Shown: piece by piece, positions 40,716 through 53,792 of the stretch
Numbering within the stretch: the first letter of the stretch is position 1
How the letters are laid out: the number at the start of each line of letters is the position of its first letter
NCBI GenBank assembly: GCA_951406725.2
Contig: OX597827.1
Coordinates: 47,430,001 to 47,494,000, forward strand
Length of the DNA: 64,000 nucleotides
Direction: 5' to 3'
Source: Octopus vulgaris
Taxonomy: Eukaryota
Program-made: the position numbers and the translations under genes
The notes under the pieces: generated by a model
Databases searched by the model: none
What the model saw: only the letters and a program-made list of their open reading frames with translations
What the model was told of the DNA's origin: nothing

Positions 40716-41086
40716 ATTGGTCAACAAGTTGATGACGTCTAGCTCTGCTAGAATGGACAGGATACAAACAAGGGACAGTCATTAGTCAGAATATTGATGA
40801 CGTCCTTTTCTGCTTGAATAGTCACCTAACAAGTACAGACAGGGGGCAGATCTAATGTAGCTATAAGTCGTGATTGGGCAGAATCTGGATGACGTCCCGC
40901 TATGCTTGACTAACGAAGCGACTGGTCAAGACAGGAAACAAACAAGAGGGAGTTATAATGCAGCGATTGGTCAAAATAATGATGACGTCCCGTTCCACTT
41001 GATTAAAGCCACCTAACGAAACGATTGGTCAAAACATTGATGACGTCACGCTACGCTAGATTGACCACCTAACAGGCATTATAAAA
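40716..41086 (+). promoter_or_regulatory. Five ATTGG-N12-TGACGT modules plus TATA box (candidate pLTR promoter)
   Basis: ATTGG/ATTAG at 40716, 40781, 40873, 40966, 41024 and TGACGT at 40733, 40798, 40890, 40983, 41041. TATAAAA at 41080. Confidence 0.6.
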
Positions 41087-41424
41087 CCGAGCATTTCACA
41101 AAAACTCACTAGAACCACCCAGCGAACTTCCACCATGGGTCATCACAATTGCTTAAGGTAAAAATGAATTCCTCGCTCTTTCGGAAACATCAATCTTCTG
41201 TATTGACCACTTTCCACCACTTTGATCTGTTTTTTGTATTGAATACGTATCGCTACCGTGGGCCACTGCATCGAACACTTTGAACATATACTTCAAACTA
41301 TATATCAACTATACATGAACTATATATCAACTATACATGAACTCTAAGATGTCTGACTCCGTTGTGTATTATAAATGAATTTCTTGTGTTTGACGGCATG
41401 AGCTGTCTCTTTTTATATATAACT

Positions 41425-41466
41425 TTTTTTGATAAGGTTCATTTCAGGAACTGAAACATGTTATAA
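41425..41466 (+). ncRNA. Variant hammerhead (U3:A8) at the Penelope 3' end
   Basis: TTTT-TTGATAA-GGTTC-ATTTCAG-GAACT-GAA-ACATGT-T-ATAA. Palindromic stem III, weak stem I. Confidence 0.55.
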
Positions 41467-41524
41467 TGTATATATAAAAATTAAAAATTGTATAATACAG
41501 CAGCATTTTCGAACTTCATTTTTT

Positions 41525-41578
<54 letters not shown>

Positions 41579-43364
41579 GCGTGGTTATGGGTATGTGTTT
41601 GTATGTATGTGTCCCACAAGCGTGCGTGTATGTTTTTGCGGCTATTTATGAGACCTAGAGCAAGTTTATCAAAGGAAATTACAGACAAACATATAAACAA
41701 ACGGAGAAGTGAGACTGCGAGAATCTTAATTAAAATACATAAAAATAGGTTTTATTCAATTCATGCAAGATATCAAAACAAAACAAAATACAAACAAACA
41801 AATGACAATGAAATACAGAAGGAAAAATATACAATAGTGAGGAGAACGAATAATTTCCATAAAGAACTGTTTAGCAATAGGAAATAAGCTGGGAATAATT
41901 TAAAAAGAATATTTTTTTTTTAATGCTACCTATAAAAGACAATTTCTATTGCATCGAAATTTTATTGCAGACTATCAAAACAGTTACATAATTTAATTAT
42001 TTATTTTTCAAATATCGGGTAATATTGTGAAGCAGTTATTTTGGCGTTCAGTTGTTATATGTTTTCTTTTTTTTTAAAAAAAACTTTTCTTTACAACTCT
42101 TATATCAACATGTCAACATTGTGATAAAAAACGAAATTAATCCTTCATCAAGATTTTTCACATAAACTCAAGGATTTCACTGCAATTAAATAAATAACTT
42201 GCAATATTGTCTGTCTGTCTGTCCCTCTCTCTCTCTTCGTATATATATATATATATATATATATATAATCTATAATATATATATGCGTATATAAATATAT
42301 AAACAATTGTGTATAATATATATTTATATATGTGTGTGTGTGTGTGTATGTGCGCGCGTACTTATTCTTGTATGTATCCTTCTCATGTACAATAAATTTA
42401 TAATGCGCGCTTTTAGGAGCATAATTGTTCGTTTTAATGGAAGGTCTGCTATTTAATTGACAATGAAATAATGTTATATGGCATTCATAACTTAAAACCT
42501 CCAGAGAACTGATAGACATATTTACCAATTCTTCAAATTTCATTTGCTCTCAAGTTTGTTAATTGCATGAACATACTTTGTAACTGAATTCTGTAATTGA
42601 GATATATATTGTAAAATAAAACACAGGGTCGCTAACAGGTCGTCATTCGGATCATAAAGTTTCTGATTGAGGGTCATGACGTAAGCCACTCTTAAAAAAG
42701 GATTGCTTATCGCTCGAATGGTTTTGATCGTATGCCAACTTTTTAGAGCTAACGAAATGATACACAACAACAACAATAACAGCAATCTGTATTAATGATG
42801 TAATAAAATGAAGTTATTTTCCAGTTTTGAAGAGAGATCGGTTGGTGGATTCGCCTCAGCGGGAACTTATTAATTTTTCATTATTTTGAGCTTTGGTTTT
42901 AAAGACAGTTGCAATTTTCGCCGTTATTGCCGTTTTTCTTCACGTTATCATGATTGAACACACCTATAATCAAATATATTGCATCAATTACCATCTCGTC
43001 TTTTTTCCTTTCAATCACAGTAAATCAATATCTACATCTAAACGTGCCTGGGATAAAGATTGATCATATATCAGCATTTGATATTTTCCATTCCAGAAGA
43101 AAAAAAAAACAAGAGTACACTTTCTTTTTTTCTTCATATCATAATAGCAGCTAAACAAACGATAATATACCTCACCTCTCAACTCCACCAATGGTAACTA
43201 AAGGAAATAAGGAAAGAGGTCCGTCGATACAGCGTCGCTCCAAAGGGGAACTCAAAACGTAAAAACATGGAAGAAACAATCTAAAGTATTTTATCCAATG
43301 AAGTAACAATTTTGTCAATCCCTCGACTTTGATTCAACATCTTGGCCATCTCTTTCCAATAGGT

Positions 43365-43520
43365 CAGGAGTCGACGAACTGTGGTAAATTACCCCGAGTG
43401 GGGTAAAAAGGAAATTATTGGGGGTAAGAGGGTTCATGAGACATAAGTAAAATTATGTGAAAAAAAAAACGTGTTCTCTGTTATCTATGGTTGCCTTCGT
43501 TTCGAATCAAGGGGGTAACT
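43365..43520 (+). mobile_element. Possible hAT-like terminus
   Basis: CAGGAGTCGACGAACTGTGG resembles the CAGGGGTCGGCAAACT-type hAT TIR, followed by repeated GGGGTAA motifs. No partner TIR found. Confidence 0.35.
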
Positions 43521-44390
43521 TGTACGCGCGCACACATACCGAGAGATATACACATTATGAACGCGTAAAGCTTTCACTCACATACGCACATATGTGCGTT
43601 CGTGCACACATCTGTACAAGCTAGTGTGCATCCCGGCGAACCTGTTACAGACATACCAGCAACCATACATTTCAAACCGACTGCGTCTGCTAATCATTTG
43701 TTAGCAACGGAGTAACGTTGCGGCCAAGTCTAGAAACCCAAACGTTGAGTATATAAACGGTATATTTTAAGGCAGACAGTCCTTTCGGTTTTTCGCCAAC
43801 TCAGTTACGTGCAAGTTTCTATCATATTTTGTATTAAAATCTCTAACCTCTAAGTGCTTAGTGACATATCTAAAGTTAGCATTTTTAATATCTCCTGATG
43901 TCTGTTCAGACTAAGTAATGATTTTAAATTCAATTGAAAGCTTTCATATGTTTCTACCAAATTTTGTATCCTATACATTTATTTAGTTGTGTGAACATAG
44001 ATTAACATTTATATTCGGAGTGATGGAGCCGATCTTGTTGACAGCGATCAGTCTTTGTAGCAGAAAATCTCCATTATTTTTGTTATCCTGTTACAGGTGT
44101 AGACAAAAATATTTGGCTTTTACTGCAGAATAAAACTAGCTTCCGACAAAGTATACGCTATCTTGGCACTGTTTGAAGCACGACATTAATTATGCAGATG
44201 AATAATTGATAACTTATTTCTGCTAGACCACCAATTTCAGTTATTTTCAAACTCTAATCTGTGGAAATTTCCCCGATGCAATGGTTCCAAGGATGAGGAG
44301 TAAATTATTTTCAAACTGCTGAATTGCAAATAGGCAAATTAAATTTATTCACAATGGCAATCAATTAAACATGCATAATAAAAAAACCCC

Positions 44391-44829
44391 GGATCTTTTC
44401 GCTTTCAACGGCAGTTTTTTTTCTAGTGGTGTCATATGAAATAGTCACCCATAATTACGACCCTAGTATCGATCTATTGCATTTCAATCTGTTTTAGGGT
44501 TAGGGTTAGTTAGGGTTAGGGTTAGAGTTAGGGGTGGGGGAAGGGTATCTTTTGTTTCTTCACAAATATAAATAAACCCAATCTGTTTCTTAAACGTGGG
44601 ACATATTCATACGGCACATAATGTTGTTTACCTCAATGGACGTCATTGATTGGTTGAAATTGCAGAAATTGAAAAAAGACAACAAATATCTTACAAACTA
44701 TAGAATTTTCTTAATAAAGCCAAAAGAAAAAGATGTTTTATAAACACATTCTACCAGTATACGAAGTTTAAAGTTTTTTTAGTTAACAAGAAATTATGTT
44801 AAAAACTACCGTTCAAACCGAAAAGATCC
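44391..44829. mobile_element. Non-autonomous TIR element (439 bp) with internal TTAGGG repeats
   Basis: TIRs GGATCTTTTCGCTTTCAACGGCAGTTTTT / AAAAACTACCGTTCAAACCGAAAAGATCC. (TTAGGG)n at ~44494-44534. Confidence 0.85.
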
Positions 44830-46731
44830 AAAAAACTTACTTCCTTACATTTTATTGATGCAAACTGAAAGAAAAAAAATTCTCTACACACGGTTAGCAT
44901 TCTTATTTTATATAAGGTCAAAGTGTAATGATATTGCTACACGTTATTATATAATATTTTCTCTAGCCCCGTGTCAATCTTGAACACACAGACTTATATA
45001 GAGTACACGTTCATTAATTCTTTAACAAGAATATTGTTGACAGACGATTCGCAGTGTGACGGTAGCTTAACTGGCCGAAACTTCAAAGTCACTGTGAGCA
45101 ATATCCTCGTTTAAGAATAAACACACATACATAATCCACACACAAGTGCGTATAGTGTATTTATAGCGTTATGTCTCCGTCAATATTATCGATATGTCCC
45201 TCCTAACTGAACGACAGCAAGATACGAGGCATATGCCTGTCGTTGATAGACATAGACTTTGCTTGATAAATTGATATGCACTATATACTACATTATTCAA
45301 CTTGTCTGATATATAACTTTTGCCATGTTTATGTTTTCTTTCAACTACGCACTCTCCTCAGAGGTTTTGATAATTAAATTATCGTTTATAAATTAAGATC
45401 ACTTCAATAAGATGTTTTAGTGCTAGTTTCAACACATTTAAAGTACACTAGAGTTGAGAAATTAAATTTATTTTAATTTAAATTTTATCGTAAACAAAGA
45501 GACAGTTAACTCTTTAGAAATAATGTCCTATTAAGAATCTTTCAGTCAGTAAACTATGGGTTGGTCGTGTCGGATGGGTTGGTAATAAAAACTTTCTTTA
45601 AAGTATGCACAATTCTGTTTCATGTAGAATTAAATTACCGGCAGCATTGTTAATCAATATACTTAAGTAATTATCAAGCAAGCTGTCATCTTTATGATTC
45701 AAATTAGTTCGTTGTTAGTGACGATAAGTGCAAAATTATAGTATATTGTTTCGTCCCAGTTCTTTGCGAATACTTTATTGTTAGTAATTGATCATCCATC
45801 ATGTTGACAGCGGTAAGCTAGTTAAAGGTGACTACTTTTCGAAATACTGATGAATTCAAAGTAATACGTAGAATACGGTTTAATGAATTGGTACTTTGCA
45901 TGCAGCAACGACCTGCTCTTCCCCCCTTCCCCAATCTCACTCTGTCACTTGCTTTTTTTTTCAATTTTGCTTTAAACCTTGTAATAGTTAGATAGTGTGT
46001 GTTTTATTGTATTACGTTTGATATAACGTTTGTGCTATCATATCAACACTATCATATTTCTTCTCTACCTATAGCACATATCGATGATTTCCGGAAGAAA
46101 TCAATTACTAAGAGTTGTGCAGAGTTCGAAAAGTTGATTGATCTGTGAAGCAAATCCTACGGTGAATCGTAGCATCGACCGAGACTCAACATCACATAAC
46201 TGGTTACAAGAAATTTCTATCAAACCGCTTGACAAATTACAACCTTTAGCACGAGAGCATAATCTACATATGATAAATGAGGTCAAACTTAACTAAGAAC
46301 AACTTACTCTGTTGTGGTTGCTCACAGCTGATTAATTAATATATATATATATCTATAATAACCCGATTGTGGTTTCAAGAATTGCGTGTTCACGAATGAA
46401 TTGTCCTTCCGTTTGGAAATATTGTGATTTGAAAGATATTCGACTGTTATGCTGTGTTGGTTCTTCAATAAAATGTTGCGTTGGTAGTAGACCATCTATC
46501 AAGTCTCTTGAAAGCGACTACATATACATTTAGCTTAGCAAGTAGGGTAGCAAATTTGAACAATCAGAAACTGGGCTGCTTACCATTCTATGAGTCTCCT
46601 TATCAACTTTCGAAAGTACGAATCTTATATGTGCAACAGGAACCCATCCGACATTAGAAATAATTTATACGTATATACACACATACATACATACATACAT
46701 ACATACATACATACATACATACATACATACA

Positions 46732-46767
<36 letters not shown>

Positions 46768-46773
46768 TATATA

Positions 46774-48009
46774 TAGCGTTGAGGAATAATTCATGAGCGT
46801 TTTTTAAAAATTTATTTTAAACAAAAAACTACAACAATCGAGACAATACACTTTCCATTGTTATTTACGACTTCCTCCCATCGTTCAATATATTCTTCAA
46901 TACTTTGGTGATAGAAATATTCCGGTCTTGACTCAAAGAATTCGTCCAACCAAGCCCTCAATACCATGTCATCATTGAACGATACACCGCGCAAAAAGCT
47001 CGAAAGCGGGGGCAGTACATTAAGATCTGACGGAACTCAACCTGGAGAGTGTGGATGATGAGGCAGCATTACCATTTGAGACAGGTGTTGTCCTGTTGCA
47101 GAAGAACGTCATTTCGCCTATTCCGTCTTATTTGCTGAATTGCTTCGTTGAGTCAGTGTAGTTGTTGAACGTAGAGCTCTGCATTGAGTATCTAGTTGCG
47201 CTCAAGCAGTTCGTAGAGAATTAGTCCTCCCGGTCCCACCATACACACAACATGGTCTTTCGAAGATGAAGGTCTTGTTTTGTCCTCGGAGTTTCTTGTT
47301 TATCGAGGCTGAGCCATTATTTTCGCTGCTTCATATTGACGTAAAGGCACCATTTTTCATTGCTAGTGGCAATGCGGTAAATAAAACGCTGTTTTGGCGA
47401 TGTGTTGAACTATGTCGAGCGAGCAAATTGGTGGCGATTGTGGAGCGTTGATTTTTGTTATTCCCGATCAAAGTGTGTTGCACCCAAGCAATGAATCTAT
47501 GAACCTTGCCCATAGAGTGAAGTTGGTTCACCACAGTTTTATATTTTTTATCACAATCCGTCTTCTCTGCCTGTTCTCTGGTCATTTGAGGTGTCTTTTC
47601 GTGAAGAAGTTGATTCAATCGCTTTTCATCCAACTCAGGATGTTCCGTACTTGAGGTCAAAATTTCCGTTTCTGAAGCGCGAACACCAACGGCGGGCGGT
47701 ACTTTGAGGAATTGCTCCTTCTCTACACACAGCATAACTTTTACGAGCAGCTTCGGCAGCCTTAATGCTTCGATTAAGTGGAAAAAAAAGAAACAAATGG
47801 TGTCGTAAATGCTCAGTTTTGTCCTCTTGAGATTAGATTTCAATGATTTGAAAATACAGAAAAAATCAATAAAATTAAAAAATCAAAACGCACTATCTTG
47901 TAGAGCAAACCATTCTCTATTAAATAACATAAAACATTTTGCCAATGCGTTTTATTTCTGCGAGCAATTAAAAATATTAAAAAACGGTCATGAATTATTC
48001 CTACACCCA
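46774..48009 (-). mobile_element. Second, decayed mariner family (frameshifted transposase)
   Basis: TIR cores AGGAATAATTCATGAGCGTTTTTTAA / TTAAAAAACGGTCATGAATTATTCCT. Fragments WVQHTL, NEKWCLYVN, LRAWLDEFFES, ERWEEVVNNNG. Flanked by TA-type microsatellites. Confidence 0.9.
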
Positions 48010-48059
48010 TACATACATACATGCATATATACATACATATGTATATATGCACATTATAG

Positions 48060-48125
<66 letters not shown>

Positions 48126-48541
48126 TCTAAATAATATTTAAATATTGAGTTGAATATTTGTAGCTTAAATTTGAATATTCAAATTACATAACGCTACATC
48201 CCATGATACCGACGAATGCGTTTAACCAAGTTAGGTTAATCCCTTGAATAATCTCATCTCCATTATTCACTAGTCTCCGATAACAATACTACCTACTGTC
48301 AACATTCTCTATGCTGATTCAAGGTTATCGGCGAGATATTACATAATTAATTTCCATGACTGTCCCCTATGAGATGAGAAACCTTATGTAATGTAACAAT
48401 TTTGAATACATAATGATTTACGTCTCGATATGTCATATTGTGTTATAAAACTAGTGGATTAAAATATGTCAATTAATAATTTAATTAATAAAAGTACTGA
48501 AAGAATTTTGCATCTTTCCCTTTAATATATACATCCATCCA

Positions 48542-48595
<54 letters not shown>

Positions 48596-48629
48596 CATAC
48601 ATATATATATATACATACATATATTTATA

Positions 48630-48668
<39 letters not shown>

Positions 48669-49258
48669 ATATATATATATATATATATATACATACACAA
48701 ACACTAGCGCATACAGCATACATTTATAAAGCAATATATACGTTTGTGTGTGTGTGTGTATGTGCGTGTGTGGAAAATTAAACTATACTGAATGTGACTG
48801 ACACGTGAAAACTCAATACTATATTAGACAATAGCATACATAATGAAGCATGCTATGGAAAAATGAAAAATAGTTCTGAAGCAAGAAGTATAAGTTAAGC
48901 TAGAAGAACTATGCGTAGCAAAATATTTAATTGCGTGTTTGATCGATAAGAAAATGAAGAATGCTTCGTGTGTTTCAGTTTTATCAACTCTCATTATATG
49001 CGTAATATTTTTATAGGTTTGTGAAATGTATAGGATTTCTTTGAAAGTATGTTCATAGCTTTAAATATATGACAGGATAAAATACCCAGGGATAGTTTCT
49101 GTACAAAGAAAAAAAAAACAGCAACAAATATGACGAATAAGGAAGTCTGATGGTATGCCATGAACTTTTAATTATGCGAAGGTTTGTAGCTTACAATATC
49201 AGCAGTCAATTTATTATATACATACATACATAGTACATACATACATACATACACATAT

Positions 49259-49329
49259 ATGACGTAGTTGTTAAGAGCGCGGGCTAATAATCCCAAGATT
49301 CCGAGTTCGATTCTAGGTAGTGACTTGAA

Positions 49330-49383
<54 letters not shown>

Positions 49384-49547
49384 TAATAATAATAATGGTT
49401 CGAAATTTCCCCAAGACACCTGATGAATGCTGGAGGTTGTATCAGCCGAAACGTTGTGTTAACAACAAACAAGATGAGGACAAATATCCGTCAAATGTAA
49501 ATAATGTAAATAATGTACATAATTCCTCATCTCTTAAACATAGAACT
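49259..49547 (+). mobile_element. tRNA-like head plus (AAT)n plus hammerhead plus inverted-repeat tail (SINE-like element)
   Basis: A-box-like TGACGTAGTTG, B-box GTTCGATTC (49305), (AAT)n at 49328-49396, hammerhead at 49415-49460, AGATGAGGA/TCCTCATCT inverted repeat. Confidence 0.7.
49415..49460 (+). ncRNA. Type I minimal hammerhead ribozyme
   Basis: GACAC-CTGATGA-AT-GCTG-GAGGTTGTAT-CAGC-C-GAA-ACGT-T-GTGTT. ACGT palindromic stem III. The closing pair of stem II is imperfect. Confidence 0.72.
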
Positions 49548-49959
49548 TTATATATACATATACATATGTATGCATTCATACATACCTAAAAGCTGATTCG
49601 AAGATTTCGGATCCAAGCCATCACTGGAAACGTAAAAAATCGGTAAAAGTTTCCAGAAGTTTATCATTTAAGTATACATAAGTATGTCTAGATATGCAAA
49701 TATCAGATGAGAATACATACATGAAACAAAACATAGCATCTGCACATACACATACATACATACGCACACATATATACATATATACATACAAACAAACAGA
49801 AATACCCAGTTGTTGATATTGAAATTCCAGTGAAGGAGCCTTGGATCTCGGTTAGAGACCGGTTCTTCTCTATTGGCCAGAATTAAACTGAATTATGACA
49901 TACATACATACACACGCATATACACACACATACGTATACGCTGTGCGTGTCTTGCGAGA

Positions 49960-50292
49960 ATGTCACTGTTATGTACTGACACTCCGTCAGACGTCGAGTG
50001 TTCCATTGATCCGATCTACGGAACAATCCGCTCGTGAAATTAATGTGGAAGTGGTGACTGCACACTCAACAAAGGCGCATAGCCTTAACGTGGTTCTCAG
50101 GAAGATTCAGCATAACACTTTCAATCCGATAAGGCGGGCCTTTTGAAATACAATCATGACTCCTTTTTGCCAGCGGAATGAACTGAGATAACGTGAAATA
50201 AAATGTCTTGTTCAAAGAGACAACACGCCGCAACTCATGACATCACGATCGTGAACCAAATACCCTAACAATTATACCACGCGACTCCACGC
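49960..50292 (-). mobile_element. Decayed SINE, head D with CORE-like body plus tail i
   Basis: Plus strand GATCCGATCTACGGAACAATCCGCTCGTGAAATTAA (tail i) joined to TTTTTGCCAGCGGAATGAACTGAGATAACGTGAAAT (CORE-like body). Confidence 0.7.
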
Positions 50293-51512
50293 TTGCTATC
50301 TGTTTTTGACGATAACATACACGCATACACAAAGCGGCATGTGTGTATGTGTGTGTACATTTACTTCCGTCCCTCCACGTTGTTTTAAAATGATGTGACA
50401 GTTCTATGTACACACACACACACAGACGGACGCATATATAAAGCAACCATGTATGTATGCGTGTGTGTATATTCTTTCTGTTTGTATATTCCTAACAACA
50501 CACCACAGGCTGCCAAATAAAAGAAAAAAGAAGAAATGTTTATGCTCTGAATAACATCACTTAGCGACCAATCGAAGAAAAATCGATAAAATACCTACAC
50601 AGAAATGCTTAGCGGAGTCGATGTGATTGACTAAAATCTTTTGAAGGTGTTGTCCTAGCCTGGCTGGAGTCCAGTGACTAGAAACCGTAAAAGAATAAAA
50701 TAATTAACTCCAGCTTTGATGTATGTTACTCAATTTCGAATTGTGATATGTTCATTTGTTTTAGATTTGATGCAGTGTACTTGTACAGCGTTACATATTG
50801 ATTAAATAATTACATAATACATAATTCAATTCTTCAGTCTAGCAATAAAATTCTCCAACAACAAGCAATCTATTCGTGAGGTTTATCATATATTTTTCAC
50901 ATTTCTATGCGTAGCTTTCTCAAATACAATACATATATACATACAAACATAGAGCCTTGTATCTTTGTTGGAAACCAGCTCCCTCCTTAGTCGAAGATTT
51001 ATGATAATAAAAGAAAGAAGAGACACATACATACATACATATTTACTTGTAGAAATACATGTAGAAAACAGCTACCTTCTGGACACCAATATTGTTAGGG
51101 AAATACAGAGAAAGTGAATGTCAACAGACCATTATTAAAATGTTTGCTACTCCAGTAGACGTTCAGTGCTCTATCTATTAATATTAGAGCTACTGGATAC
51201 ATACCAACCCATATGGGGCAAAGTATGGCTGAACATGGGATCTTAGGAAGAGGACGCAAGTCCTTAATTCATACGCTACAAATGATCACGATGTGATCTA
51301 GGACTATTAAATTCTGAAAGACCTTCTTAAGATTTAAATGAGAATGAACACGAGATGCTTTCCTTCAGATCTGTGCTATCAAGTAGGTGGGCGGTAAAAC
51401 TTATTCTTAATTAAAAAAGGAAGAAATGCATACACATACACAGGCGCATGATATACATACATACATACATATACATACATACACACACACACACACACAT
51501 ATATATATACAT

Positions 51513-51543
<31 letters not shown>

Positions 51544-51589
51544 CATACACATACATATACATACATAAATATATATATATATATGTATA

Positions 51590-51953
51590 TCAGTTACGAC
51601 GAAGAGGGTTCCAGTTGATCCGATCTACGGAACTGTCTGCTCGTGAAATTAACGTGTGTCTGAGTACTCCGCAAACACGTGTAACATTAACGTAGTTCTC
51701 GGAGAGATTCAGCGTCATACAGTGTGTGATAAGGCTGACCCTTTGAAATACATGTACAACAGAAACAAAAAGAAAGAGTGAAAGTTAATGGTGAAAAAGT
51801 ACACCAGGGTTCGCCACCACCCCCTACCGGAGCCTCGTGGAGGTTTTAGGTGTTTTCGTTCAATAAACACTCACAACGCCCGGTCTGGGAATAGAAACCG
51901 CGATCCCAGGGCCGGAAATCCGCTGCCTTAATCACTGGGTCATTGCGCCTCCA
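51590..51953 (-). mobile_element. tRNA-derived SINE, head A plus tail i
   Basis: Reverse complement of the 22276-22650 type, ending CATTGCGCCTCC. Confidence 0.88.
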
Positions 51954-52794
51954 CTGTATTATGTATACTCATACACAGAAACATATATACGACTGTGAAA
52001 TTCTGTAGGTGTATGGAAGTAAATGAGTACATGTCAATGCTAAGTACATTGGTATATATCAACATTATATCAGTAACATTATGTAACCCCTTTCATTTAC
52101 AAATTTTAGAACGAATCTTTGTTCCTCTGTCTTATTTGTAGCCGTGGATATCGTCGGAATTTAAATGTCAGGCGCAGAGAATCAAAGGAGAGTCTATAAT
52201 CCAGTTTATTCAGCTGACCTAATATGTTTCAATGATGTCTGATGAAACACTATGGCGTTCATCAATTATCTTTAAAAATTCTACAATTTATTGTATCAAT
52301 TAAATTTGATAATTATCAATGAACTTCTTTGCAGCGAACGGATCCCAAGTAGAAGTATTCAACTGTTTTTGATAAACTTTGTCTGCCAATGTTTTCCATT
52401 AAACTCTGCTAAGTTTTTCTTATATTTCATTTCCTTTGAATTTGTCAAATCGGAAAAGTAATTTATGACCAATCTGTATACTGCTAAACACACACGCACA
52501 CACACATACATGTGTGTACGTGTGCGTATGGTTGTGTTTGTGTATGTGCGCCTATGTGTATCTTCTTTGTCCATAACTCTTCTCCCGCTCTTAGGTTTCT
52601 ACACATGCACTCACACACACACACACACGAAATTCACTGAGTACTTCCAACAGGTTACGCCTTTTCACGTTTCTCCTTTGGCCATTACCATAAGACTTTC
52701 AGTAGATGAAATGTCAAATGACGTCCCCATAAAGGAACAAACGTACGTCATTGGATTTCAATGATAAACACTTGTAAAATATGAATAAGATTAT

Positions 52795-53188
52795 AGGCGT
52801 AGGAGTGGCTGTGTGGTAAGTAGCTTGCATACAAACCACATGGTTCCGGATTCAATCCCACTGCGTAGCACCTTGGGCAAGTGTCTTCTACTATAACCTC
52901 GGGCCGACCAAAGCCTTGTGAGTGGATTTGGTAGACGGAAACTGAAAGAAGCTCGTCGTATATGTGTGTGTTTGTGAGTCTGTGTTTGCCCCCACGCACC
53001 CAACATCGCTTGACAACAGATGCTGGTGTGTCTACGTCCCCGTAACAAGCGGTTCGGCAGAAGAGGCCGATAGAATAAGTACTAGCCTTACAAAAACTAA
53101 GTCCTGGGATCGAGCTTCTCGACTAAAGGCAGTGCTCCAGCATGGCCACAGTCAAATGACTGAAACAGGTAAAAGAGTAAAAGACTAA
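52795..53188 (+). mobile_element. Full SINE family B copy
   Basis: Closely matches 31918-32372. Confidence 0.92.
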
Positions 53189-53565
53189 GATTCTGAGAAT
53201 CTAACTTATTAAAACTAGTGACAGGCGTCCCTCTTCTAAAATGACAATTATCTCCCTCTTCTAGTCATTTTACTGTGCGCCCTGACATTTACGAAAGGTA
53301 AACCTGTGTATCTACGCTCAGACTGATTCTCATTCCATGTGCTACATGGACCCCGAAAGCTGCTACTACCTCGGGTCAAAGTACATCTTGGAACAAACAA
53401 TGGTTATTAAGACGTGGTTCCGTCCTCTTCAAGACCCCGGAATTCTCGAAGCAGAGACCCGCTACAGCATGGAGTTTAACGTTATACTCGGAACATTATA
53501 GATGTATTTGTGTGTGTATGCATACATACAAATATACAATAATATTATATCATATCATATTATGC

Positions 53566-53602
<37 letters not shown>

Positions 53603-53709
53603 GAGAGAGAGAGAAAGAGGGTGAGAGGGATGAGAGAGGGGATGAGAGAGTGAAGAGAGAGGTAAAGATATATAAATATATAAAGACATACATATATATT
53701 TATATATTG

Positions 53710-53792
<83 letters not shown>

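Larger units (their letters stand above)
39604..41525 (+). mobile_element. 5'-truncated Penelope-like element (RT C-terminus, GIY-YIG, ~1 kb 3' region/pLTR)
   Basis: See the coding remnant below. The 3' region carries a repeat array and a hammerhead-like motif, and both flanks are (TA)n. Boundaries are approximate. Confidence 0.88.

Noticed and set aside
44494-44534. True telomere or chromosome fusion site
   Set aside because: Only about six imperfect units in one orientation, enclosed within a TIR element.
49800-49885. GAAGGAGCC...GGTTAGAGACCGGTT as a hammerhead
   Set aside because: The ACCGGT palindrome is present but both core halves deviate.
52213-52270. TTGATGA...GAAACATATT on the minus strand
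   Set aside because: Stems I and II do not pair.
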